Assembly (NCBI GenBank): GCA_000388065.2
Contig: KB932203.1
Direction: 5' to 3' (one strand)
Source of the DNA: Fonticula alba ATCC 38817
Taxonomy: Eukaryota; Protista; Nucleariida
DNA length: 58,520 nucleotides
How positions within the stretch are numbered: the first letter of the stretch is position 1; each line of letters opens with the position of its first letter. Both the position numbers and the translations under genes were made by a program. The notes beneath the pieces are model-generated. The model did not search any database, was not told where the DNA came from, and saw only the letters and a program-made list of their open reading frames with translations. This document shows, in pieces, positions 47,064 through 58,520 of this stretch.

Positions 47064-47326
47064 GTGCATACCTACCATACGCATGCACCGATGACCCTTT
47101 GTGCGCGCCCATCAGCGCCGACAACGACAAGCCCGAGTCGGCCATCCAGTCCCTGGAGCGCGAATACCCCCACATGCATGTCCTCAGCATCGTCACCCTG
47201 AATGACCTGATCCTCTTCGTGCAGGAGCAGCTCCAGGAGGTGTGCGAGTCGGACTCGGCCCAGAAGGACCTCTGGGCCGGGCGTCTGGCCTCCATCGTGG
47301 AGTACCGTCGCCAATACGGTGTCTGA
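46455..47326 (+). CDS. URA5: Orotate phosphoribosyltransferase, monofunctional (5' part missing in gap)
   Basis: Exons 46455-46536, 46679-46869, 47116-47326. (G)IPLVASVA...YAFDRKEAKAHGEGGTIVG; PRPP-binding VFLVDDVITSGKAIR; VMVALDRAE; ESAIQSLEREY; VLSIVTLNDL; stop after EYRRQYGV. Confidence 0.92.
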
Positions 47327-47761
47327 GAGCGAGGCGGTCTCCTCTGTCTTTTCCTTCTGTCCCCCCCCCCCTCCCCCTCCACCCCCAACAAAGAGCTCTC
47401 CCCTCGTAGTGTCCCCCCACCATGCTTCATCCCTGGTCGCCCCTTTCCATCCACACGCACACGCGTCCACGGTATTCCGCACACACACACACATACATAA
47501 ATACATACATGCCCTCGCGCATGGCGACAGGTGGCCAGGTGGCCACACGCGGGCAGGGGAGCGAGAGGGAGGGACGAGGGAAGAGGTGGGCAGCAAAAAC
47601 AGTCACCACTTGGGGCAGAGGGGACAATGGCAAGGGGGGGGGGGGGTCGTATTTCTCTTCAGGGCGAGGGAGGGGGAAAGCCCCGAGATGGGAATCAAAT
47701 GTTGAGGGAACAAGTACAATGTGGAAGGGAGGCAGAGGGAGGGGGAGCAACGCGCGCGCAT

Positions 47762-50700
47762 CTATGACTGTACAGCACGCGACATCTCCATCAGCTCCTC
47801 CTCGTCCGGCGGGTGGTCGATGGTCCGCTGCAGCAGCAGCAGCGACTGAAGAATGGACCGAGCCGTGGCGGCGGCCGATGAGGGGGGATTCGAGCTCGGC
47901 TCGGGGCCAGCCAGCGAGATGGCCAGCGCGTCGGCCAGTGCCCCGGAGCCCGGCCCTCCTCCGGCGGCCCCTGAACCGCTGAGCAGCTGGAGAACCGAGT
48001 GCGAGGACCCCGATTGATGGTGGCTCGGCGGCTGGCCGGAGGCACCGCCACCGGCGGTGCCACTGCCCCCCGTCGACCCGAGCAGGGGAGCCGGCCCGCT
48101 GGTGCTCGGGGAGCCGGCCGCCGGGAGCGAGGCAACCGACCCGCTGGCTGAGCCGGGCGCGCTGCCCGGCGCGCTGCCCGTCTCGGACACCGCATCCACA
48201 TGGTCCAGGTAGGACTTCAACCGGGCCATGGAGAGATCCCCGGCGGCGGCGAAGCGGGCCAGGCGCACATGCCGCTCCAGGATCGACGTGATGTACCGGT
48301 ACTTGGCGATGTGAACCAGGCCGCTGAAGTCCCGCGGAACTGAGGGGACACGCTCCAGGACATACAACACCTCTCGGAGCATGATCATCGGGATGGGCAC
48401 TGCACCCACCAGGGCAACTGGCGCCGGCGCCGGCTGCTGGGACTGCGGTTGCTGCTGCTGCTGCTGCTGCTGGGACTGTGGTTGCTGCTGCTGTGACTGC
48501 TGCTGCTGAGATTGCGGCTGCTGCAGAGTGGCCGGCTGCTGGCCCGACTGCTTGGCATCGACATCGGCCCCGGTGGCCGGGCGACGGTCGGGGCGTGGCG
48601 GGGGCACCGGGCGCCCGGCTGACGACTGTAGCCCACGCAGCACGGGGATCGGCGCGCTGGCCAGGCGCTCGATGCGCGCGCGGTACGTGCGCATGTTGTT
48701 GCGCGGCTCGAAGAACTTGCCCAATTTGGAGATTTCGGCCATGTCGCTCTTGCTCAAGGACGACCAGACGGACTTCAGGCGCAGGATCGGCGGCGAGAAG
48801 AGCCCATTGTACAGGGCAAAGGCCCCGAGGAAGTCGTGCATGTCTCGCGCCAGGCGGATGATCTTCAGCACCTTGCGGAAGATGTCCTTCCGCGCGCGGG
48901 CAGTCTCCCCGGAGCACACCTCGAAGCCCACCCACTGGGTGAGCTGGTGCTCTCGGCGGAAGAGCCGGACCACGGACTCCGGCTGCTTCATAATCGCCCC
49001 GGCCGGGGGGTCGTTCTTGAAGAACCGCTGCGATTGCCCGGACCATGACATGGGCCAGTGGAGGTGGGAGAGTCAGTGGCTGCGCCAAAGCCGCCCGCCA
49101 CACGAGCGGGCGCACAATAATCCCTCCCCGGGGGGGGGGGGGGGGGCCGCGGCGCCCATGCGGACATGCACATGCTCCACATGCAAAAAAAAAAAACAAC
49201 CACCAGCCCACACCACAGTGCGTACCTGGTTCGAGGAGGCCACCGCATAGGTGAACCAATCAATCGGCTGGACCTGCGCCGCGAGGTAGGCATTATGGCA
49301 GCTGATGAACAGGGCCGCGGTTTGGGGGCTCAGGCCAACCAAGCCGGAGGACAGCGCCCGGTCGCTGAAGCTGCCACTCGGCGAGGTGGCCAGAGTCGGC
49401 GCCGAGCCCGAGCTGCTGGACGACCGCGAGGAACCGACGCTCCGCAGGGAGGCGCTCCGCGACAGGGGACGATCGGCCCCGGCACTGGCCGCTTGGATGG
49501 TCAACAGCTCGATACGGCGGCCTCGCACCGGCCCCGGCTCGATGCGCCGCAGGGCCTGGTACACGCAATTGTGGAATGCCTGCCGCAAGAGGGCATACTC
49601 CCCGTACAGGGAGTAGTGGCCTTGGATCATGAAGTCCCGCAGGAGCGACAGCAGCAGACGATCCTGCTCGAACTCCACCCACTGGAAACGCAGCCACCGA
49701 GAGAGGACATTGAGGACCCTGCGGCAGTCCCGAGGGGGCCAGGCGGTGGCGGCGGCGGGGGATCGAATGACAAGGGGAGCGGACGCAAAGATGGCCAAAG
49801 TGACGTCAATAGAAGGCACGGGGAGGGGAGGGCGATGAGCAAGAAGCCGCAACAGGAGGGGGAGGGGGGGGGAGGGGGAGGCATCAGCAGGCCGCCTCGC
49901 ATGACACACGTACTTGCGTCGAAGCGAGTCGGACACCTCCTCGAAGTAGGCGATGAGATCATCCGACAGGCCGAGCAGGCGCGGCGCCTCGGCTGTGGTC
50001 AGGGCCCGAGCGTTGAAGCGCGACATCAGCACCGAGAAAAGGTCCACGTGTGACATGTACTGACTGTGCGTCAGCAGGACACTGTCCACCAGATCGGCGG
50101 TGTCCTCGAAGTCCAGCAGCGGCGGGTCATTCGAGGCGGACATGAACCAGGTGGAGGCCGCGCGCGTCAGCCGGCCGGAACCGGCCCCACTCCCGGAGCC
50201 AGCATCATCGGCGGCGCCCGGGCCCAGGCCCGAGCCACTCAGGCGCCGGTCGTACGGCGCGTCATCGGCCAGGCGCTCGGCCAGATGCCCAATCGAACAG
50301 GCCACCACCTCCAGCCGGCCGCGCACCAGCTCCAAAATCAGGATATTCTCCCCGGTGGGCACATGCCGAACGAGGATGGCCTCGGCCGGGACCTGGCACT
50401 TGGACCCGGCCTCCGGATCGGCCGCCGAGCCGGCCTGCAGGCCGACCGCCGGCACGCCAAGGGTCAGGGACAGGCGCTTCAGCGTGGCTGGCGTGGCCAG
50501 CTCCTCGTGGCCATACCGCCCGGCAATCGTGCGCAGGATGCGCATGTTCCGGTCGAAGTGCCGCCCGGCTTCCGGGTGCTTCGTGGTCTTGCGCCCGGGG
50601 GTGGAGGCTCCGGCTGGCCCGGCCACAGAGCCAACATCCCCGTCGGGGCCGTCGCTGGTGGCCGCCACCGAGGGGTAAACCATGCGTCGGGTGTTCCTGC

Positions 50701-53700
50701 GACACGGGAGGATGGTGGATGGTTGGAAAAGCGGAAAGGGGGCCAGGGGGGGGNNNNNNNNNNNNNNNNNNNNNNNNNNNNNNNNNNNNNNNNGGGGGGG
50801 GGAGAGAGAGAGAGATGGAGGAACCGCACATGTGAGAAGGGGACACGAGAGGGGCGAGAGGAGGTTGGAGAAGACATAGAAGGGGAGGGGCAGGGGGAAA
50901 GGAACCAGGGCAGAGAGGCAAAGACCGAGGGACGCCCACGGAAAGACACAGAGAGCCCAGGAGGGGTGGGGGGGGGGGGGGAGGACACGCACGATTGCGA
51001 CACGGTAATCAGCGGAGACAGGGCCCCGGTTGTGAAAGCCTCAAGACTATCCGCCCCGCCGGGGCCGGAGTCACCATCGGCCACCGGTGGAAGGGCCGGC
51101 CGCACCGGGGTCAGTGTGCCGGCAAAGGCCCCGCCAGCCAGGAGAGCCCGATTGCCCGTGGACGGGTGCCGGGCCGGCGGCTGGGCCGGGGCAATGGCAT
51201 CCGACGAGGCCAGCGACGGGATATACACCAGGGAATAGTCATCGCGCAGGAGCTTGCGCGGGGCCAGCAGGGCCGCATTGTTGACCGACATCATGTCCGA
51301 GAAGAGGCTGGCCGCGGGGAGGGCCGTGGCGGCCCCCCCGGCGGTGGGGGCCTCGCGAGAGGTGGATTCCTCCGACGCGGTCCCGGGGTCGCCGGACGGC
51401 GAGTCCGACTCCCCGGAGGTGTCGCTGCTGCAGGGGGCCGTGGTGGCGGCGGCCAGGAGATCCCCCCCTCCGGCAACCAGCGGCTCGGACAGACCACCCT
51501 CACCCATGGCCAGCGGGTCCCCGGGCGACGGGGAAGCCGGCCGGTCCGAGTCGAAGCCCGACGAGTCGGACATGCTGCCGGTGCTGTCGGCGCCGTCCAC
51601 ATCGACGGCCATATCCCCCTCCGAGTTGGAGGCCTCATCATTCAGAGGGGCGGGGAAGCGCCGGGGCGCCGGGGGTTTGGCGGGTGGGCCATCGCGAGGC
51701 CCGGCCCCCGGGGCCCCGGCCGATGGCACCGGCAACAGCACATGCTCCGAGGTACTCCGATCAAAGAGCAGGGACATCGGCCGCACGCCGGGGGTGGACC
51801 CGCCCTCGCGCCCGGCCCCGGAGGTGGCGGACGCCGCGAAGCGCGCGAAGAACGGCGACAGGGTGATGGTGGTGTCCTCGTCCGAGTCATCGCCCATCGG
51901 CTGCTCCAGAACCGTGTCCAGCTGGTTGCTGGCCGGCACAAAGAGCGACCCACGCCGCAGGGAGGACGTCGACGAGGCGGCCGAGACCGAGCCCGACGAC
52001 GGCGGCGAGTAGGGGGCCGCAAACAGCGGCCCGGCCGCCGCGGCCGCCGCCACCAGCGACGAGTTCGACGAACAGGCCGACAGCCCGGACGCCGGGGACA
52101 GGGAGGACGAGGAGGAAGAGCAAGAGGAGGACGATCCCCGGGCCGAGGTGAGGCTCCCCAGCGAGGGGGACAGATTCACGGGCAGAGCCCCGGCACCCGG
52201 GGCCAGAGGCCGCTGCTGCGGCAGGAGCCCCTCGCTGACGGTGGCCCGACGCCCGGCGGCAAAGCGCCCCCCGGCCGTGGCCAAGTCCCCGAGCACGTCT
52301 TCCCCCTCCTCGCTAGGGGTGGAAGTGACGTCCTGCGAGTGGGATCGCCCGGCCCCGGGGCCGGCGGCCGCCTCATCATCGGCATCCCCATCGTAGGCCT
52401 CATCCTGCTGGCTGGGGGCGACCGCGAAGGCACGCAGCCCAGCCACCGGGGCCAGGGCGAATGTTTGGGGACCGAGCAGCCCCGGGAGGGGCGGCCCACC
52501 GGCCGGCCGCTCAGACGGCGCATTGATGCCCCTGCCCAGCAGGAGCTGGAAAATAACTTCATCGGTGTTGGAAGAGTGTGGGCGGCCACTTGGACCGAGA
52601 TCGGACGGGGGGGGTGCCGTCGGCGGGGCGGGGATGGCGATGGCCGTGGTCGCCCGGGCGTCGGTGGCGGCCGCAGTCGCCGCCGGCGCCGGGAGTGACA
52701 AACGAGCCGTGGTGGCGGACAGATCCGCGGCCGCCGCCGCCGCCGCCGCCGCCGCCGTCGACTCGGTGGCGCTTGCCGGCGATGTGGGCATCGAAACCGC
52801 GCGAGTGATGCGCGCCTGACGCCGGGCCGGGCGCGAGGTAACCACCGAGCTCATGGCCACAGGGGCGCCACCGGCGGCTCGGGTGACTTCCTCGCCGGCG
52901 CCCTCGCCAGCGCTGAGAAAGGCCTCCAGCAAGTCGAACAGGTGCTCCCCATCGAGGTCCGGATGCTCCAGCTGGAGATCCTGCTCATAGAGGGACGGCT
53001 CATAGTCGCGCCGGGTGGCGCTGGTGCTGCCGTCCACCAGGGGGATGGTCTCGAAGGAGGCACGCCCGGAGGGAGGCCCGGAGGATGGCCCATCGCCATC
53101 CAGCGAGCAGGTGCTGTAGGTCAGGCTGTCATCATCCAGCAGGTCACTCCCGCCATCCGGGCGCAAATCCACCAACATCGGCCCCGAGGGCAGGGTCCAG
53201 GCGGGCGGGGCGCCGATGACGCTGTTCCGAGACCCGCCGGCCGCCCCGAGGGGCCCATTCCCCATCGAGCCGGATGCCAGGTCGCTCAAGCCGCCGTGGA
53301 AGGATCCGGCGCGATTGGGCGACCGCGGGGGCGCCGGACCACCAGGCCCCCCCTCATCGAAGGCATACGACCCGGTGGCCGAGTAGAGCGACGCGGGGAA
53401 GGCCGGGCCCGTGGGCTCCGGCTTGCCGACCAGTTGACGGACCTTGCGCACGAACCGGTGCCGCGAGGAGGCCGATGGCGAAGGGGCCCCCAGGCCGGCC
53501 GGGTTCAGCAGCGACGCCGCGGCCGCTCCATCGCCACCCTTGCTGTTGCTGCTGCCGCTGGTGCTGCTGCCGCTGCCGCTGCCGCTGCTGCTGCTGCTGC
53601 TGCTCTGGCTGGATCCGGAGAAGGGCAGGTGGTCGATGGACCGGGACTTGTACTGTGGTGAGGGGGGCGGGCTTTCGGCCGAGAGGGTGGGCTCGCTGCC

Positions 53701-55171
53701 GGTGATGATGGGCCGGAGCTCGGCCCCGCGCTGGCGCTTCTCCGAGATGCTGGGCTCGGGGGTGCTGGACCCATGTCGGGGGACCGGGTGCTGCACGAAG
53801 GACGACGCCTCCGGGGCCAGCTCGAAGGGGGTCGCCGGCTCGAGGAGCTCCGGCGAGAGGACTATCCACCATGGCCGGAGAATGGCGCCCGACGAGGTCC
53901 GAGAAGGAGAGGCAAGGTGTCAGGAAAGGAGAGGAGGGGCGGGAGGGCGGGGGGNNNNNNNNNNNNNNNNNNNNNNNNNNNNNNNNNNNNNNNNNNNNNN
54001 NNNNNNNNNNNNNNNNNNNNNNNNNNNNNNNNNNNNNNNNNNNNNNNNNNNNNNNNNNNNNNNNNNNNNNNNNNNNNNNNNNNNNNNNGCCGCGCACCAG
54101 TCGCCGAGGTGGTTGTCCGGGCCATGGTCCGGATGTAGTCATTGGTGGCGGTGGCCAGAGTCCGGCCAGCGGTGGCCAAGCGTCCGAAGGCCGGGTGCGT
54201 GGTGAAGGTCTTGGCCGCATACACCTGGGCGCTGATGAAATTGGTGTAGGCCGTACGCAGGGGGGCCGAGGCCGGGGGCGAACCGGCCGGCGGGGCGCGA
54301 TCCGCCTGGACGACCGTCTGCAACAGGGCATCCGTCTGGGCCAGGATGGCGTCCAGGTCCAGCTGGGACTCCTGCGCCAGGAGGCTCGAGGAGTCCAGCT
54401 GCAGGAAGGAGAACAGCAGGAAGTGCACATCGAGCAGCAGCGACCGGAGGGAGGAACTCAGCTGGACCCAGGACCCGGCGACGGCCTGTGTCCTCCGCAT
54501 GGTGGGAGGACCGGCGGGTGGGGGCCAGTCGGGGCAATTGGCCAAGCAAGCGCGGAGGCGAGAGGGAGTGCGGGGGTGAGAGGGAGCGCGCGGGAGGGAG
54601 AGCCAGGTATGGACAGACAGAGGGCGACCATGAAGGGGAAAAGGGGAGGCAGCCGGCCGTGGTGGAGGGGGGGGGGGGGGATGCGCACCGAGATCGGCAT
54701 GGAGTCGCGGGTTTCCGGGCGCGAGTGTGACAGACACACCTCGGCGGCCAGGCGCTGCGAGGAGAAGAGCGTCCCGGCGATGGTGGCCGCCTCGGGGCAA
54801 AGATGGGGGAAGTCCGGGCGCTGGGGCATGGCCGCGCGGGACCGGACCTCGGCCGGGCTGAAGGGATCGAAGGAGATCCCGGCCGCGGCCAGGGCGATGG
54901 TTTCCTTGCGCGGCGGGGGGGGCAGCTCGCCGGAAAGGACCGGCGTGGCGCGCGTGGCCAGCATCGCCTCATGGGCATCTTCCCCGGCCGGGGGCAGAGT
55001 TACACGGGTGGAAATCATGGCCGGCGGGTGGGCCTTGCCGGTTGTGTGGGGAACCCCGGCGCCGGGACCCACTGGCGCCAGGTGCGGCGACTCCTGGAGG
55101 CTGGTAAAGGCCGGCAGGTCGGGCGTCGGGTGCTGGGTGGCGCTGGCTGCGCCGATATGGTTGGACCCCAT
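47762..55171 (-). CDS. Ras-family guanine nucleotide exchange factor (REM + CDC25 homology domain) with a very long low-complexity N-terminal half, 6 exons, ~2076 aa
   Basis: Exons 55171-54740, 54485-54098, 53861-50993, 50696-49914, 49718-49226, 49027-47762 join in phase (6231 nt); GCCGCCATGG start. REM: LEVVACSIGHLAERLAD, SVLLTHSQYMSHVDLFSVLMSRF, KVLNVLSRWLRFQWVEF. CDC25: LTQWVGFEVC, RKDIFRKVLKII, HDFLGAFALYNGLFSPPILRLKSVW, FFEPRNNMRTYR, LVHIAKYR. Confidence 0.85.
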
Positions 55172-55596
55172 GGCGGCGCGCACGAGGATGCGTGTGGGGC
55201 GCGGGCACTCGGCGGCGGCGGCGGCCAGGCTCGGGCGAGGGCAGGGGCACACAGGAACGCGGAGGGACGGGGGGGGGCGGGGGCGGGGGCGGGGGGATGC
55301 GAGGGGGGGGAGGGAGGAAGGGCAGCAGGGAGGGGGATGGATCGGCGCGAGTGCGATGGCAGACAGGAGGGGAAGGGGGAAGGTGACAGCTGGCGGTCCG
55401 GCTCCGGGGCCGGTCGGTCGGAGAGTGGGCCAACTTGATTCTCCGGCCCCGGGCCCCGGTCGGTCCGTGGGCCGAGCACGATCGCTGCGGGGGATCTCTG
55501 TCGGCCGGTTTGCCCTCCCTGGGGTGCAAGAGTGTGTGGCTGTGGGCGTGTGGGCGTGTGGGCGTGCGGGCGTGCGGGCGTGCGGGCGGGCGGGGG

Positions 55597-56491
55597 NNNN
55601 NNNNNNNNNNNNNNNNNNNNNNNNNNNNNNNNNNNNNNNNNNNNNNNNNNNNNNNNNNNNNNNNNNNNNNNNNNNNNNNNNNNNNNNNNNNNNNNNNNNN
55701 NNNNNNNNNNNNNNNNNNNNNNNNNNNNNNNNNNNNNNNNNNNNNNNNNNNNNNNNNNNNNNNNNNNNNNNNNNNNNNNNNNNNNNNNNNNNNNNNNNNN
55801 NNNNNNNNNNNNNNNNNNNNNNNNNNNNNNNNNNNNNNNNNNNNNNNNNNNNNNNNNNNNNNNNNNNNNNNNNNNNNNNNNNNNNNNNNNNNNNNNNNNN
55901 NNNNNNNNNNNNNNNNNNNNNNNNNNNNNNNNNNNNNNNNNNNNNNNNNNNNNNNNNNNNNNNNNNNNNNNNNNNNNNNNNNNNNNNNNNNNNNNNNNNN
56001 NNNNNNNNNNNNNNNNNNNNNNNNNNNNNNNNNNNNNNNNNNNNNNNNNNNNNNNNNNNNNNNNNNNNNNNNNNNNNNNNNNNNNNNNNNNNNNNNNNNN
56101 NNNNNNNNNNNNNNNNNNNNNNNNNNNNNNNNNNNNNNNNNNNNNNNNNNNNNNNNNNNNNNNNNNNNNNNNNNNNNNNNNNNNNNNNNNNNNNNNNNNN
56201 NNNNNNNNNNNNNNNNNNNNNNNNNNNNNNNNNNNNNNNNNNNNNNNNNNNNNNNNNNNNNNNNNNNNNNNNNNNNNNNNNNNNNNNNNNNNNNNNNNNN
56301 NNNNNNNNNNNNNNNNNNNNNNNNNNNNNNNNNNNNNNNNNNNNNNNNNNNNNNNNNNNNNNNNNNNNNNNNNNNNNNNNNNNNNNNNNNNNNNNNNNNN
56401 NNNNNNNNNNNNNNNNNNNNNNNNNNNNNNNNNNNNNNNNNNNNNNNNNNNNNNNNNNNNNNNNNNNNNNNNNNNNNNNNNNNNNNNNNNN
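55597..56491. other. Assembly gap upstream of the RasGEF gene
   Basis: N run. Confidence 0.99.
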
Positions 56492-58255
56492 CAGGGTAGG
56501 CCCCCAGGGCCGAGGCCGGGGCAGCCGTGCCCGCATCGTGCGGTCCTCCACGCGCGGAAGGCGATCGGCCAAGGAAAGCCAGGCGCCAGACCCCGTCCGC
56601 ATTTCAGCAGCAACAGCACCGACGGCAGCGCGGCAGCGGCAGCGGCAGCGGCAGAGCACAAGACCATGGGGGCCCAGATGTGGAGGTGCGGACACTCCCC
56701 CCGGAGGGTCCCCGGCGGCCGAGGCTCAGCCATCCCCGGGGGCGCGCACCGCCAACGGACTGGGCGCTCGGCGGCTCCGCCCAGGCGCGGGGGCCACCCT
56801 TTGCTGGTTGCCGGAGCCGGGAGGGCGGCGGAAGAAGGGGCGACGGCGGCGGCGGCGGCAACGGCGGCGGCGGCGTGGGGGGCGGGGGGAGGGGGGGCAG
56901 GCACTGCCGCGGCCAGCAGCTGACACGCCAGGCGTTGGGACCAACTGCGCCCCCTGGCGGGGAAGCCGACGACCAGGCCACCGGCCAGACGGATGGCCGC
57001 GGCGGTGGGGTGCAGCGTGTGTGCGCGCACGAGCACGCGTACACGTCCGGCCAGCCATGGCGTGGCCCGGACCGGGAGCCTCGGTTCCCCTCCCCCCCCT
57101 CGTTCCCTCGGGCCCGAAGAGCGCGCCGGCTCGAGAGGGTGCAATCCCATGTGAAGTACCTGGCCCTCCCCCCGCCCCCCCCCCCGGAACCCGGCAAACA
57201 AGGCGCCGCCGGTGGCATTCCTCGCGCGAATCGCGCGCGCCCCCCTCCCCCCCGCAACGCGCGCCGATGCACATGGGGGCCGGGACACAAACAAGCCGCC
57301 CTGTGGGCGACCCGCCTGGGCGTACGCCGGCCCTCCGGCGCGCGCGCGCCATGGTCGACCGGCCAATGCATTCTTCCCCGGCCGGCGCGTCCATCGCCCA
57401 GGCTCGTGGGGTCTGGCGGATCGAATCCGGCCCAACGCCCACAGCCGGGCGGAATATTCTTCCCCCCCCCCCCCTTCCGGCGAGCGGGTCTTTCCGAGCG
57501 CGGCGAGGACGGAGGGACACGCAGGAAACAGGGCACCAGGCTGCCGCGACCACCCCGGTTATGTGTTTGTGCTTGCGCGTGCGCCCCTTGGCCCTGCCGC
57601 CCCTGCACCCGCGTCCAAGCCCGGGCACGGCCCGGTGCCCGACGCCTGCGCGCGTCAAAGGGTGGCATCTCGGCCGGCCGGCCGGCCGGCCAGTTGTCAT
57701 GGGGTCGGCCAGCCCCGGTGCTGCGGACGCATCTCCCCAGAACTTGGTGCCTGGGCGCGACCCGCAAAAAGCCCCCATTATAAACATGCTATTTTCGGCC
57801 GCACCGTCTGACGCATTGACTCGCCCGGCTAGTTGGCCGCCTCCCGGCTTGCTCGCCGCACGCCCGAGACCCCCCCCCCCCCCCCCCCGCGTCAACCACC
57901 GCCTCCTCGGCCTCGGGGTCCATGCCCACACACCCAAGTGGGGCCACCCGCTCCCCGGCTCCGCCCCCGCCCCCCCGGTCTCACACACCACGCCCCCCGC
58001 GGCCGTCGACCGTGCGGGGACCCGGGGCTGTGACGGGCCTGCCCCTTTGTTCCCTGCGCGCCCGCCCCCAGGGGGACGGGACTCCAGGCCTCCGGGTCCA
58101 GTCTCCCACCCACAAGAACCCTTCCGGGGGGGGGGGGGCAGGGGCGCAGGGGCGGGCGGACCCGCCCTTCCAACGCCGAGCCCGGCGCTCTGGGCTTCGT
58201 CGCCCAGCCCGGCGCAGTGGCTCGCACACCCTTTTTGCCCGGCGCCCTGGACCCG

Positions 58256-58306
<51 letters not shown>
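58256..58306. repeat. (GCC)17 trinucleotide repeat
   Basis: Seen directly; no convincing host ORF. Confidence 0.95.
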
Positions 58307-58307
<1 letters not shown>

Positions 58308-58489
58308 GCCCGCGCACAGAGGCGCGCTGACGTTCGCCCGCCGCGCCCAACCACCACCTGGTAAACAGTTCGCCAAGCCCGCTGCCTCCCGGTCTACGCC
58401 TCGACGCCCCTGCTTTTTGGGGGCTGGCGATTAGTCATGGGCGCCCGTCAATGCGCCCTGGCCATGCCCCCCCCCCCCCCCCCGGCGCG

Positions 58490-58520
<31 letters not shown>

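Noticed and set aside
3107-49913. Stop-free introns with length divisible by three (3107-3235, 5000-5164, 6322-6435, 46870-47115, 49719-49913) as regulated intron retention
   Set aside because: Five of 40 is no more than chance in short GC-rich introns, and retention would break conserved domains.
57770-57825. TATA-like ATTATAAA with adjacent TGACGCA and TGACTC bZIP-like words
   Set aside because: No downstream gene is visible in the window to link it to, and short motifs alone are insufficient.
57892-58350. Poly-Ala ORF over the (GCC)17 repeat
   Set aside because: The remaining sequence is not protein-like and has no splice support; kept only as a repeat.
93-58434. Hundreds of long overlapping ORFs in the six-frame track (Arg/Gly/Pro-rich, antisense, or running through N gaps)
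   Set aside because: Expected from very high GC content, stop-poor shadow frames of real genes and untranslatable N runs; no domain motifs.

Overview
GC-rich, intron-rich eukaryotic draft scaffold with 12 N-gaps, most flanked by poly-G/poly-C. Sequence style and gene content suggest a holomycotan/opisthokont amoeboid protist such as Fonticula; this is an inference and was not checked. Seven protein-coding genes were spliced by hand with consistent exon phases: (1) a Rad5/HLTF-type HIRAN-SNF2-RING helicase; (2) a PA28gamma/PSME3 proteasome activator; (3) a type II membrane PAPS-dependent sulfotransferase of the HS3ST/NDST class; (4) a ~2250-aa protein joining an F-box to an NPHP3/TEP1-like STAND (NACHT-like) NTPase and 42-aa TPR repeats; (5) a ~1015-aa mitochondrial HIBCH/Ehd3 (mS47)-like protein with long extensions; (6) the 3' part of a stand-alone orotate phosphoribosyltransferase; (7) a ~2076-aa RasGEF with a divergent CDC25 domain. 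A ~12.5 kb gene-poor interval (15.6-28.2 kb) holds only a candidate orphan exon pair and simple repeats. The leading candidate for a new system is the F-box-STAND-TPR protein, an NLR-like switch that could be wired to SCF ubiquitylation. The second is the 5' splice-site consensus GT(G/A)CG(T/C): 35 of 40 inferred donors have C at +4 and none has A. No rRNA, tRNA, CRISPR array or recognisable transposon was seen.
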